Positions 29,132 through 38,865 of a stretch of DNA of 64,000 nucleotides are shown piece after piece (within the stretch, counting starts at the first letter, position 1; each line of letters begins with the position of its first letter). This DNA is from Myxococcota bacterium (GTDB lineage: Bacteria; Myxococcota_A; UBA796; CAJQPC01): NCBI GenBank assembly GCA_036012755.1, contig DASCPX010000043.1, positions 1 through 64,000 on the forward strand. Reading direction: 5' to 3'. The notes beneath the pieces were generated by a model. It made no database searches, was not told the origin of the DNA, and was given only the letters and a program-made list of their open reading frames with translations. Position numbers and translations under genes: made by a program.

Positions 29132-30162
29132 AGCGAGCCGTCGACGCCATCCTCCGAGGTGAGACCGCAGCGCTGGAGCTGGCGGTCCCCTTCGGCCTGG
29201 AAGACATCCAGGCGCTCTTGCACGGAGCCGCACTTCGCCACCCCACCTTCCGCGTGCTGCGCGGCGAGTCCCCCGTCGAGCTGGCCGCGATCTGCGAGCC
29301 TTCGGTGCGCTGGGGCCCGGGCACGGTGGACGGGCTGGCAGACCCAGAGGCAGTCCAGAGGCACCTCGATGGCGGCTGCACCCTGGTCCTCGACCAGCTG
29401 CATCGCCAGTTCGGACCAGCAGCTGTCCTCAATCGTCGCTTCGAGGTGGCCCTGTCCGCGCGCTCGCGGGTCGACGCGGTGCTGGTGCCCGCAGGAGCGA
29501 CAGGCCCGGCTCCGGATCTGCTCGACAACGTGATCATCGGCCTCCACGGCAGCAGCGCCTTCCGGGTCGGTGACCAGGACGTGGAGCTCGGACCCGGCCA
29601 GGCCCTCGCGGTGCCGAAGCTGCCCGTCGAACCCCTCGTCGCCGAGACCCTCAGCCTCTACGCGGTCGTCGCGATCTCCCGCGTCACCTGGCGAGAGGTC
29701 CTGATGGAGGCCGCCGCCGCCTTCGACGATCCCCTGGCTCATGCAGAGGCGAGCGAGGGCGGAGAGCAACACTGGCGAGCGCTCGTCGCCCGCTTCCTCG
29801 AGGACGTCGACGCCGAAGAGGCCCTCGATCGCATCGCGACGACGATGGTGGCCACCCGCTTGCCGTACATGCCCGGCCAGCTGCAAGCCAGCCGTCACGC
29901 TCTGGACCTGAACACCTGGGTGGGCCGACGCCCAGAGGTCATGTTCCGCATCGTGCGCGACGAGGAGGCCTGCCGCCTGCTCTTCCACAGCACGGAGATG
30001 TCCTTCATCCCCCAGGCAGAGGACCTTCTCTGGTACATCGTCGAGGCCCCGGCCTTCCGCCCCGCGGAGCTGCCCCAGATCCCCGAGCACGCGCGTGTGG
30101 GCTTCGTGAAGACGCTGGTGGACGCGGGCTTCCTCGAGCTGCGCGAAGGCGGCGAGGGTTGA
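29128..30162 (+). CDS. Second JmjC/cupin_4-like protein with C-terminal winged-helix-like domain, degenerate
   Basis: LRHPTFRVLRG, GCTLVLDQLHR, LGPGQALAVP, TWREVL; C-term FRPAELP...FVKTLVDAGFLE. Confidence 0.7.
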   Translation: MKRAVDAILRGETAALELAVPFGLEDIQALLHGAALRHPTFRVLRGESPVELAAICEPSVRWGPGTVDGLADPEAVQRHLDGGCTLVLDQLHRQFGPAAVLNRRFEVALSARSRVDAVLVPAGATGPAPDLLDNVIIGLHGSSAFRVGDQDVELGPGQALAVPKLPVEPLVAETLSLYAVVAISRVTWREVLMEAAAAFDDPLAHAEASEGGEQHWRALVARFLEDVDAEEALDRIATTMVATRLPYMPGQLQASRHALDLNTWVGRRPEVMFRIVRDEEACRLLFHSTEMSFIPQAEDLLWYIVEAPAFRPAELPQIPEHARVGFVKTLVDAGFLELREGGEG

Positions 30163-31820
30163 GGTTCGTCCGACCGGTGGTGAAGACCGCGAGGCGGGTC
30201 ACGGGGACCGTCCGCGATGTCGGCAGGATGCGCGAGGTCGCCACGGCGCTCGGACGCCACGGCTTCGGCGCCCTCTTGACCAACGTGGACATCCCGGGGT
30301 TTTCGCGCCCCGACCAGGAGGTCGTCGAGACCACTCCCGAGCGAGCCGTGCTGGCCCTGCAGGAGCTCGGGCCCACCTTCATCAAGCTGGGCCAGGTGCT
30401 CTCGACCCGCCCGGATCTGCTTGCTCCCGCCTACATCGACGCGCTCCAGACACTCCAGGACGCCGTCACCCCGGTCGCGTGGGAGGACGTGGAGGCCCAG
30501 CTCGAGGCGGAGCTCGGCGACTGGCGGGAGAGGCTGTTGGACTTCAACGAGGAGCCCCTGGCCACCGCCTCGATCGCCCAGGTCCACAGGGCGCGGCTGC
30601 TCGACGGCACGGAGGTGGTGTTCAAGGTCCAGCGGCGCGGCATCGGCCCGCTGATCCGCTCTGACCTGAACATCCTCCACTTCCTCGCCGCGCGGGTCGA
30701 GGCCGAGTTCCCAGAGGCACGCAGCCTGGACGTCCGCGGCGTCCTGCGCGAGTTCGATCGCTCCCTGCGGGCCGAGCTCGACTTCACGGCCGAGCAGCGC
30801 CACACGGAGCGCTTCTACCGCAACTTCGAGGGCTCCGAGATCTGCCGGGTCCCGGTGATCTTCGACGAGCTCAGCACGGGGCGGGTCCTCTGCATCGAGT
30901 ACCTCGACGGGGTGAAGATCCGAGAAGCCCGGGGGGCGGGCATGGACATGGCGCGCGTCGGGCAGCGCTACCTCGACGTCGCCTACGAGATGCTGTTTTC
31001 GCACGGCTACTTCCACGGCGACCTGCACCCCGGGAACGTGCTCGTCTTGGAGGACGAGGTCCTCGGCTTGCTGGACTTCGGCATGGTCGGCACGATGACC
31101 CGGGAGATGAGGGACACCATCGTGTCCCTGTTGTTCGCCCTGGAGAGGGGCGACCACCGGGTCATCGCCCGCATCTTCTACGACGTCGCGGTCAAGGACG
31201 ACCGCATCGACTACGCCGCCTTCGAGGCCGACGTGGTCGAGGTCGTCGAGCGCAACTGGTCCGGCGTGTCCGTGAAGGACATGCAGATCGGCATGTTCCT
31301 CCTGGACGTGACCCAGGGAGCGCTCAAGCACAAGGTGCGCGCGCCCCACGGCTACACGATGTTCTTCAAGGCGCTGTTGACCACAGAGGGCCTCGCGAAG
31401 GCGCTGATCCCCGAGCTGGATCCGCTGGTGGCGGCGCGCCCCTACGTCGAGCGCATGATCGCGGACCGCTACGGCAAGGAGCGGCTCCAGCAGGACCTCT
31501 TCTACAACCTCGTGTCCCTGGGGACCCTGGGACAGCGGCTCCCGGTCACGATCAGCCAGCTCTTGGACGACCTCGACAAGCAGCGGCTGACCTTCACGGT
31601 CCGCGAGGCCGCAGACCCGAGTCGGATCGCCGCAGAGGACCGCCGCCAGAACCGCCTGATCATCGCGCTGTTCGCCATCACGGCGGCAGTCTGCGGCGCC
31701 CTGACCTGGGAGGTCCGGGGCCCCTTCTTCGACCTGCCCTTCGTCTCGGTCGTCTTCTGGCTCTCCGCCTTCCCGCTGTTTCTGCTGACCCTGACGATGA
31801 CGCTGCGCAACCGCGGCTGA
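30159..31820 (+). CDS. ABC1/AarF/UbiB family atypical kinase
   Basis: [60 protein letters not shown]-terminal TMs. Confidence 0.95.
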   Translation: MRFVRPVVKTARRVTGTVRDVGRMREVATALGRHGFGALLTNVDIPGFSRPDQEVVETTPERAVLALQELGPTFIKLGQVLSTRPDLLAPAYIDALQTLQDAVTPVAWEDVEAQLEAELGDWRERLLDFNEEPLATASIAQVHRARLLDGTEVVFKVQRRGIGPLIRSDLNILHFLAARVEAEFPEARSLDVRGVLREFDRSLRAELDFTAEQRHTERFYRNFEGSEICRVPVIFDELSTGRVLCIEYLDGVKIREARGAGMDMARVGQRYLDVAYEMLFSHGYFHGDLHPGNVLVLEDEVLGLLDFGMVGTMTREMRDTIVSLLFALERGDHRVIARIFYDVAVKDDRIDYAAFEADVVEVVERNWSGVSVKDMQIGMFLLDVTQGALKHKVRAPHGYTMFFKALLTTEGLAKALIPELDPLVAARPYVERMIADRYGKERLQQDLFYNLVSLGTLGQRLPVTISQLLDDLDKQRLTFTVREAADPSRIAAEDRRQNRLIIALFAITAAVCGALTWEVRGPFFDLPFVSVVFWLSAFPLFLLTLTMTLRNRG

Positions 31821-31822
31821 GT

Positions 31823-31837
31823 TGGCACGCCTCTTGC
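31823..31837 (+). promoter_or_regulatory. sigma54 (-24/-12) promoter
   Basis: TGGCACG-CCTC-TTGC directly after the kinase stop, about 60 nt upstream of the PKD lipoprotein gene. Confidence 0.7.
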
Positions 31838-31899
31838 GCGGCGGGGACTGGACTCGGACCGATCACCCCCTGTACAACGCGCGTCCAGGAGGTGTGTTC

Positions 31900-32796
31900 T
31901 TGTCTGGACTCCTTGCTCTGTTCTTCGGCTGCTCCGACTACAACATCCACGGAGTGGAGGACATCCGAGAGCCCCTGGACCCGAACGAGCGCCCCCCGAT
32001 GGACGAGTCCGAGGAGGAGGAGGACCCCATCGTGCCCGGCGAGCCAGTCGCCGACGCGGGGCCCGACCAGACCGTGGCGCCGCTCGACCTCGTCTTCCTG
32101 GACGGCACCGCCTCCTACGACCCCGACGGCGGGGACATCACCAAGTACGAGTGGACGCTGGTGGAGGTCCCCAGCGGCTCGACCGCGAGCATCCTCGGCA
32201 CGAGCAAGGACGCGCCGAGCATCTGGATGGACCTGGCCGGTGACTACGTCATCGAGTTGACCGTGCAGAACGACCAGGGAGAGTGGGACTCGACCCCCGA
32301 CGAGGTCGTGATCTCCGCCGTGCCCAGCGACGGCTTCTACGTCCAGTTGTCCTGGGACACGGTGACCGACCTGGACCTCCACCTGCTCGACGGCAGCTCG
32401 AGGATCTGGGACAACCCCGGGGACTGCAACTTCTGCAACATGTCGCCGGAGTGGGGCAGCGGCGGCCCCGATGACAACCCCTCGCTGGACTGGGACACGA
32501 TCTTCGAGGGCTACGGGCCCGAGACCATCACGATCGACAAGCCGCGCTCGGGCAGCACCTACACGGCGCTGGTCCACTACTACGGCGAGTCCGGCTCCCC
32601 CACCTGCTGGGGCCAGTGCCCGCCAGCCACGGCGACGATCGACATCTACCTCAGCGGCTCCGTCGTGGCCTCGTTCACCGAGACCCTGGACGACGCAGGC
32701 GCCACCTGGACCGCCGCGTCGATCGAGTTCCCGTCACAGACGGTCACCGAGATCGGGACCCTGGGCAAGACGAACGACATCACCTGCGACTGGTAG
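31900..32796 (+). CDS. Lipoprotein with PKD/REJ domain and YfaP/DUF2135-like domain
   Basis: GGAGG RBS then TTG 31900 (or GTG 31894); LFFGC lipobox; PVADAGPDQ..LDGTASYDPDG; LSWD..TDLDLH; LD.D...GYGPETI. Confidence 0.82.
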   Translation: MSGLLALFFGCSDYNIHGVEDIREPLDPNERPPMDESEEEEDPIVPGEPVADAGPDQTVAPLDLVFLDGTASYDPDGGDITKYEWTLVEVPSGSTASILGTSKDAPSIWMDLAGDYVIELTVQNDQGEWDSTPDEVVISAVPSDGFYVQLSWDTVTDLDLHLLDGSSRIWDNPGDCNFCNMSPEWGSGGPDDNPSLDWDTIFEGYGPETITIDKPRSGSTYTALVHYYGESGSPTCWGQCPPATATIDIYLSGSVVASFTETLDDAGATWTAASIEFPSQTVTEIGTLGKTNDITCDW

Positions 32797-32797
32797 C

Positions 32798-33319
32798 TCA
32801 GTCCCCCGAGGGGTTCTTGAGCACGCGGAAGTCGGTGACCTCGAACTCGACGGTCTGGTCATTGATCTCGATGGGATCGCCCTCGTACTCGAGGGGCTCG
32901 ACGACCACTCCCCACCAGGACACCCGGAAGGTGCCGTTGCCGATGTAGTGAATCGAGTTGTCGTTCGTCTCCCAGGTGGCCTCGGAGCCGTCGATCTCGA
33001 CGATCCCCTCCAACTCCTCGAACGAGTGCCAGTCCAGAACCACATCTTCTGCCAGGTCGTCCGGGTCATCGACGCAGCGCTTGTCGACGCGTCGTGCGGT
33101 CTCGACGGATAGCGCCCAGATCATCGGAACGGCTTCGACGTCGAGTGTCCGCACCGGCGACTCGACCGTCACCAAAAGCGGGACGCTCACCACGGTGTCA
33201 CCCGTCCCACTCACAAGGCCGATCCAGCCGTCAAGTTCGGTCCCGCGATGACAGTACACCGGGCCGATCGGCCTGGTCATCTGCGGTGTGGGGCTGCACG
33301 CCAACAGGACGATCAACAC
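32798..33319 (-). CDS. Hypothetical lipoprotein
   Basis: GTG-LIVLLAC lipobox followed by an acidic beta-rich domain. Confidence 0.55.
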   Translation of the reverse strand: MLIVLLACSPTPQMTRPIGPVYCHRGTELDGWIGLVSGTGDTVVSVPLLVTVESPVRTLDVEAVPMIWALSVETARRVDKRCVDDPDDLAEDVVLDWHSFEELEGIVEIDGSEATWETNDNSIHYIGNGTFRVSWWGVVVEPLEYEGDPIEINDQTVEFEVTDFRVLKNPSGD

Positions 33320-33637
33320 CCCCGACGCCCTTCGTCGAGATCGGACTGCCTGCCCACGTGCGGATCGTCTTGGGCTCGAACTCCCTGGAGAGCTCCTCTG
33401 GAGACCGGCCGGAGCGGACGAGCTACCAGTCGCTGACGGTATGCAAGGAGCGGTCGGACTCGGGGCATGGGACATGCTCCTACGGACATTCGGGGATGTC
33501 CACGAAGCCCGGGTCACTCCATCGAGCGCCAACACCACCTCCACCACGGGTAAGGTCCAAGTCGTGATGCAGGACTTCATCTCGTTCCTGAAGATCGGCG
33601 TCGAGGCGAGTGGAGTCCCGGCCCAAGTGCATGCTCG

Positions 33638-34429
33638 ATGAGCTGGATGATCCTCGCCGCATGCACCCCCGAGCCCGGGGACTCGGGGGTGAACGATGAC
33701 CCCTGCGCTGACTACGACTGGATCTACGACGCGGACCTCTGGGAGGACTCACCGCGGGAGAACACGGAGGTAGAGGCCATCGCGCTCTGCCTGAGCGAGC
33801 CCGGGTCCGTCGCGGCTGATCCGACGACCTACGATCGCGTCGCGACCGACTTCGAGGGCATCGAAGCCGCTTTCGTGTGGGATGAGTACGACTCGAAGTT
33901 CAGCGGGCTCCACACCTGGACGGGATCGGATCTATGGATGTGGAACGCCGGGCGCACCGTGGAAGCCGACCTGGTCGCCGTCGTCGAGTCCGAGCCCTTT
34001 CAGTGCCTGGCGCAGCGCTTTCGCGGCACCCCGGAGATCTGGACTCCGTTTCTCGAAGTCTCATACGGACCATTGTTCGACTCGGAACTGGTCCTGGAAG
34101 AGTGGCAACACATCCTGGGTGACACCTTTTCGAGGTAGGAAGCCTCCCTCGTGAACAGCCTCACGCTGAGGTCCGACTTCGTCTTCGGCGGACACCAGGA
34201 AGGCGACACCTGGCACTACGTCATCGTCAGCAAGCCATCCGTGCCCGACCGGGACGAGTACTGCTGCTCCGACTACTGGGACACCACCGCGGGCTTCGAC
34301 GGCCGCACCCACGTCTACCTGCGCTCGGACGCACCAGGGGACGTCACCCTCATCGAGGAGTGGGTCAAGGACGGAACCGCCGAGCGTCCAGACTGGATGG
34401 ACTACATGACCTGCCCGCGCTGGGAATAG
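33638..34429 (+). pseudogene. Hypothetical lipoprotein interrupted by an in-frame TAG (34136-34138)
   Basis: ORFs 33638-34138 (MSWMILAAC...) and 34151-34429 are in the same frame, separated only by TAG plus 4 codons, and have similar composition. Confidence 0.5.
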
Positions 34430-34631
34430 GGCCAATCGATGAGCACTCCCCACCGGGCCAGCATCGGCGCACGCTCAAGAGCAAACCCCGCTCTGCCTCG
34501 ATGTAGACCCCGCACGACTCGTCCCACGCCTCCGTCTGGGGGGCGGCGGCGAGGGATCCGCGAGAGGCACATGCCAACAGCGCGAGCGCCAAGAGCAGGC
34601 TCAAAGGCCGCGCTCGTCCGTCGTCGCGAGC

Positions 34632-35795
34632 TTAGTCTTCACCCAACCCAACCGCCGCCGATGCCAGGCCGTCCCGAGACTCGATCGCGAGGATCGCGCC
34701 CGCGGCCTCGATCGACATGCCGCGGTCGTCCTGGCTCATGAAGCCGGCCAGCAGGGCGCGGTCGTCCATCATGCCGGCGCGGCCCAGGGCCTGGATCGAC
34801 TCCATCACGACCACCGGCTCCGGGTCGCCGAGCATGGCGACGATGGCCCTGTGGGCCTGCTTCTTGTTGCGCCCGGCGCCCTCTGTCGCGAGCACCCAGT
34901 GCGACAGCGACCACACGGCCTGCTGGCGCAGCTCGCGGTCCGTCGAGACCAGGGCGGCGAAGGCGGGATCGGGAGGGTGCTCGCCCCGGGCGATCAGGGC
35001 CAGGGTCGCCCAGTCCTCGACGGGCTCCGGGCCGATGTTCTTCGCCCTCTTCAGGAGAACGAGCGCGATCTCGTCGTCCCGCTGGGCGAGGTAGTCGACG
35101 GCCTCCAGCCGCCGCTCGAGGTTGTCGGAGTGCAGAGCCTCGCGAAAGCGTGACTCCCCCTCTGCGTGGCCCAGGTCCAACAGCGCGTTGGCGATGGCCA
35201 GCTCGAGCTCCTCCTCGACCAGCTTCGAGCCCTCGATCAGCGAGTCGGCGACTGGCAAACCGCTGGCTCCGACGTGGAGGAAGAAGGCGATCTCGAGGGG
35301 GTAGTCCCCTCGGCTCAGGTCAGCGCCCAGCGCCTCCAGCGCGGTGGTGTCACCCTGCATCGCCGCGGGCAGGGCCAGCGGTGCCCGGCGCCAGTGGAGC
35401 CGCTCGTCGTTCCAGCCGAGATCCGGCACGGAATGCCCGGCGCGGATGAGCGCCACGGCGGCGTGGCTGCGCGTGTAGGGATCTACGTCGCGAGCCGCCA
35501 GGGACGCGATGAGCGCATAGGCGTCGTCTTCGTCGCGCTCGGCCAGGGCCTCTACTCCAGCCCGCTGGACGTAGGGCGAGGGGTCGAAGAGCGCCCTTGG
35601 GCCCCACTCGGCGCCCTCGTACCGAATCAACAGCGACAGGGCGCGAGCACGGACAGCGACGTCCAGCTCCGCGGCGGCGGTCTCGAGGGTCGCGCTGGCG
35701 TCGCCCTCGCCAGGCTCGACCTCGATGACGGCGATCTCGGTGACCGGGACCTTCTTGCAGGCCGACAGAGACAGGAAGCTAGCGAAGAAGAGCAT
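34632..35795 (-). CDS. HEAT-repeat lipoprotein
   Basis: MLFFASFLSLSAC lipobox; repeated D.SPYVQRAGVEAL, D.LERRLEAVDYL, D.ELRQQAVWSL and D.EPVVVMESIQALG units. Confidence 0.82.
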   Translation of the reverse strand: MLFFASFLSLSACKKVPVTEIAVIEVEPGEGDASATLETAAAELDVAVRARALSLLIRYEGAEWGPRALFDPSPYVQRAGVEALAERDEDDAYALIASLAARDVDPYTRSHAAVALIRAGHSVPDLGWNDERLHWRRAPLALPAAMQGDTTALEALGADLSRGDYPLEIAFFLHVGASGLPVADSLIEGSKLVEEELELAIANALLDLGHAEGESRFREALHSDNLERRLEAVDYLAQRDDEIALVLLKRAKNIGPEPVEDWATLALIARGEHPPDPAFAALVSTDRELRQQAVWSLSHWVLATEGAGRNKKQAHRAIVAMLGDPEPVVVMESIQALGRAGMMDDRALLAGFMSQDDRGMSIEAAGAILAIESRDGLASAAVGLGED

Positions 35796-37884
35796 CGATC
35801 CGCTGTTGAGCCAGCTTGTGGAGCTCGTGGTTCTTGTCACCCACGAGCTTCTGCACCTGGCTGTACAGGGACAACGCGCGCTCCACCTGGTTCGCGCTCT
35901 CGAGCACCCGGGCCTCCTTGTACTTGTCGGAGGCCTCTGACTCGAGGCGGGCCTGGACCTCGCTCAGCTTCTGCTTCGCGGCGGCGTGGTAGGGGTCGAG
36001 GCGGAGGGTCTCCTTGAGCTTGCTGCGCGCGGTCAGGTTGTCACCGCGCGACATCGAGGCCATGGCGTGCTTGTAGGGCTCCGCGGCCGCCCGGCGCATG
36101 CGGGACTTGACGTCGGAGATGCCCTCTTCTGCCTGGTAGTAGTAGGGGGTCGAGCGCTCGGGATCCGCGGACTTCACGCCCTCGAAGCCTGACAACGCGC
36201 TGCTCCAGTCGCCGCGGTCGAGCGCCGCCTTGGCGTCCTCGTACATGGGACCGATGCTCTCGGCGAGCCTTGCATGCTGCCGATCGGTGGCGGCCCTGGC
36301 GACGACGCCGCTGCGGCGCTGGAGCTGCTTGGAGAGGGCCGCGAGATCCTCGTCGTCGGGGTTCAGGCGCAGGGCCTGCCGCACGGCGTCCCTCGCGTCG
36401 CCGAGGTTGGCCTTGCCGTCCAGCGCCGCCTTGCCCATGGCCAGGGCTTCCTGGCGGGCGACCTTCTTGTCGGCCTCGCTGGCCGCGGCCTGCTCGACGA
36501 CGTCCTGCATCGCCTGGATGGCGATGAACTCGCAGGCGACGTAGCCCATGCGCTCGGCGTCCTCGTGACCGGGATCCATCTTCAGGATCTGGAGGAAGCG
36601 CGAGGTCGCCGCGTAGTACTCCTCGTCCATGAACAGCCCGATGCCCTCCTGCATCAGGCCGTCGATCTCTGCGAGGTCGGCGTCGTCCAGGTCCGTCGTC
36701 CTGTGCTCGTACCCGCCCTCGCTCTTGACGACCTTCGCGGTGCGCGGAGTCGCGGCGAAGTCCAGCACCACCTTGCCGACGAACATCGCGGCGACGAGGC
36801 ACAGGATGACCCCGATGGCGAGGCGAATCGGGGTGACCAGCGGCTTCGACGGTCGAGGCGCAGGTCCCCCGCCGAGCTCCGCCCCGCCGAAGCCAGGACC
36901 GCCAGGGCCCGGCTGTCCGAAGCCCGGCTGCTGGGCCGGTGCGCCGAAGCCCGGCTGCTGGGCCGGTGCGCCGAAGCCCGGCTGCTGGGCGGGGGCGGCG
37001 AAGCCCGGCTGCGGGGCTGGAGCGCCGAAGCCTCCAGGCGCGGGGGCCGGCTGGTTGTGGGGCACCTGTGTCGGCTGCGCGGGCCAGGCGCCGTTGCCCG
37101 GAGGGGGAGGCGGGGCGGCGGGGAAGCTCGGCACGCCGGAGTGGGCCCGGGTCGGAGCGTCGAGGATGCCTCCGAAGGCCTCTGTGTGTTCGGGCTCGTC
37201 TGGGGGGAGGATGTCCGTGGAGCGGCCCCCGTCCATCGTCATGAAGCGAAGCTCGGTCGAGCCGATGCGGATGACGTCGCCGTCGATGAGGCGCTTCTCG
37301 CGAATGCGCTGCTCGTTCACGAAGAGCCCGTTGGCGGCGCCGGTGTCCTTCGCGATGAAGTCGCCCGCGATGGAGACGATCTCGCAGTGCAGGCGGCTGG
37401 CGGAGAGATCGGGGATGACGATGTCCCGCTGCTCGGAGCGGCCCATCGTCAGCCCCGCCTCCGTCAGCGGGTAGTTCGGCCGCATTCCATGGACAGAGGT
37501 GATGACCTCCAGCACCGCTGGAGGGGGCCCCTCCGTCAACGCGGGTGGCGCGGCGGAGCTCGGCGCGGTGTTCGTGCCGGTCGACTCCGGCTCGCCGACC
37601 TCGAAGCGCAGCAGGAAGGGGTCGATGCTGACCTCGTCGCCGTGACGGATCGCCGTCGAGCTGATCCGCTGGCCCTCGAGCCAGGAGCCGTTCCCGCTAC
37701 CCAGATCCTCGAAGACGACGCCCACACCGTCCACGACGATGCGCGCGTGGCGCCGCGACACACCGATGTCGGGGAGGCAGATCTCGTTGTCTTCGGCGCG
37801 CCCGAGCCTGGACACGCCCGCCTGAAGCGGGACACGCCGGTCGGGAAAACCCGGTCGCACGACGATGAGGCCGACGGGGTTCAT
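35779..37884 (-). CDS. Double-FHA, Pro/Gly-rich linker, TM and TPR protein
   Basis: FHA1 LGRAEDN.I.LPD.GVSRRHA..DLGSGNG; FHA2 MGRSEQ.DI..PD..ASRLHC..DTGAANG; PGFG repeats; TM; TPR helices. Confidence 0.9.
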   Translation of the reverse strand: MNPVGLIVVRPGFPDRRVPLQAGVSRLGRAEDNEICLPDIGVSRRHARIVVDGVGVVFEDLGSGNGSWLEGQRISSTAIRHGDEVSIDPFLLRFEVGEPESTGTNTAPSSAAPPALTEGPPPAVLEVITSVHGMRPNYPLTEAGLTMGRSEQRDIVIPDLSASRLHCEIVSIAGDFIAKDTGAANGLFVNEQRIREKRLIDGDVIRIGSTELRFMTMDGGRSTDILPPDEPEHTEAFGGILDAPTRAHSGVPSFPAAPPPPPGNGAWPAQPTQVPHNQPAPAPGGFGAPAPQPGFAAPAQQPGFGAPAQQPGFGAPAQQPGFGQPGPGGPGFGGAELGGGPAPRPSKPLVTPIRLAIGVILCLVAAMFVGKVVLDFAATPRTAKVVKSEGGYEHRTTDLDDADLAEIDGLMQEGIGLFMDEEYYAATSRFLQILKMDPGHEDAERMGYVACEFIAIQAMQDVVEQAAASEADKKVARQEALAMGKAALDGKANLGDARDAVRQALRLNPDDEDLAALSKQLQRRSGVVARAATDRQHARLAESIGPMYEDAKAALDRGDWSSALSGFEGVKSADPERSTPYYYQAEEGISDVKSRMRRAAAEPYKHAMASMSRGDNLTARSKLKETLRLDPYHAAAKQKLSEVQARLESEASDKYKEARVLESANQVERALSLYSQVQKLVGDKNHELHKLAQQRIDALLR
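36917..37032. repeat. 27-bp coding tandem repeat (APAQQPGFG), about 4.3 copies
   Basis: CCGAAGCCCGGCTGCTGGGCCGGTGCG at 36917 and 36944, with variants at 36971 and 36998 and a partial copy at 37025. Confidence 0.85.
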
Positions 37885-37932
37885 GCCGGGAGACACCTCC
37901 AAACTCCGAATAATACTGGAGACGCCACCTCG

Positions 37933-38865
37933 TCAGGGTCGTCCAGTCATCTTCCGTGCTTTCTTGAGGTAGTCGACGGTCTGCTTGTGGATCGCAGAGG
38001 ACTCGTCGGTCTCCAGCTGGAGCACGGTCTCCCAGAGGTTCACGGCCTGGTCGTACTGCATGGCCTCGTAGGCTCGGACGCCTGCGTCGTAGTTCTCGTT
38101 GATCTGCTCGTCGATCTCGATCGTCAGGCGCTCGATGCGAATGCCGCAGATCTCGCACTTCGGGTCGAGCTTCATCGCCATCTGGTAGTGCTCGAGGCCC
38201 TCGCGCAGCCGCCCGGCGTTGTAGTGCTTGTGGCCCATCTCGACGAGCTCGGACGACTTCGCTCCCTTGGGCGGGTCCGGCCACTCGTCCTGCTCTGTCA
38301 GGGGCCTGCCCGAGGTCGTAGCCAGGGCCTCTCCGAGGCTGACGGTCTCCTCTGCCTTGGTCTTGCCGCCCTTGAGCGCCCCACCGAGCACGCTCTTGGG
38401 TTCGTCGTCGACGTCCTGCTCCGATCCGCCGTCGCTCCCGGCGACCGCGATCAACCCCACGAGCGCGAGGAGGATGAGCAGGGCGACCGCGAAGGGCCAG
38501 ACCTTCCACTTCTTCTCCGGCTCGGCGACAGCGTCGAGGTTGACGCTCACGGAGTGCTCCGAGTCCGGATCCTGCATCTCCATGGTGAAGCGGTGGGCTC
38601 CCAGCGCCAGCACGTCCCCGGGTCCGAGCTGCTTGTTCTCGGCGACCCTCGCGTCGTTCACGAAGATGCCGTTTCTGGAGCCGGCGTCCTGAACCCAGAC
38701 CGCGCCGTTGTGCAGGACGACCCTGGCGTGGAAGCGGGAGACGTCGTTGTCCGGCAGGTGGAGCTCGTTTCCGGGATCCCGGCCGATGCGCAGCCCGGCC
38801 TGGGTGATCTCGAAGCTCTTGCCATCGAAGTAGCCCGCGATGCCGACGAGGGTTGGGGTGGTCAC
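37933..38865 (-). CDS. FHA + TM + TPR protein
   Basis: IGRDPGNELHLPDNDVSRFHA..DAGSRNGIFVN; TM VWPFAVALLILLALVGLIAV; TPR-like C-terminus. Confidence 0.9.
   Translation of the reverse strand: MTTPTLVGIAGYFDGKSFEITQAGLRIGRDPGNELHLPDNDVSRFHARVVLHNGAVWVQDAGSRNGIFVNDARVAENKQLGPGDVLALGAHRFTMEMQDPDSEHSVSVNLDAVAEPEKKWKVWPFAVALLILLALVGLIAVAGSDGGSEQDVDDEPKSVLGGALKGGKTKAEETVSLGEALATTSGRPLTEQDEWPDPPKGAKSSELVEMGHKHYNAGRLREGLEHYQMAMKLDPKCEICGIRIERLTIEIDEQINENYDAGVRAYEAMQYDQAVNLWETVLQLETDESSAIHKQTVDYLKKARKMTGRP

Noticed and set aside
33288..33641. 117-aa plus-strand ORF between two lipoprotein genes
   Set aside because: No recognisable motif, and it overlaps the start of the divergent gene. It may be a remnant but cannot be supported.
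34136..34138. Pyrrolysine or stop-codon reassignment
   Set aside because: TAG terminates many clearly normal genes here (e.g. obgE, rpmA, aroE), and no pyl genes are seen.
34365..34604. 79-aa minus-strand ORF with an LLAC lipobox-like start
   Set aside because: TTG start without RBS, overlaps the convergent gene, and the C-terminus is low-information. It is a possible gene fragment only.
37905..37935. Internal promoter (TATTAT on the minus strand) before the double-FHA gene
   Set aside because: The -10 is plausible but there is no convincing -35 at proper spacing, so it is too weak to list as a feature.
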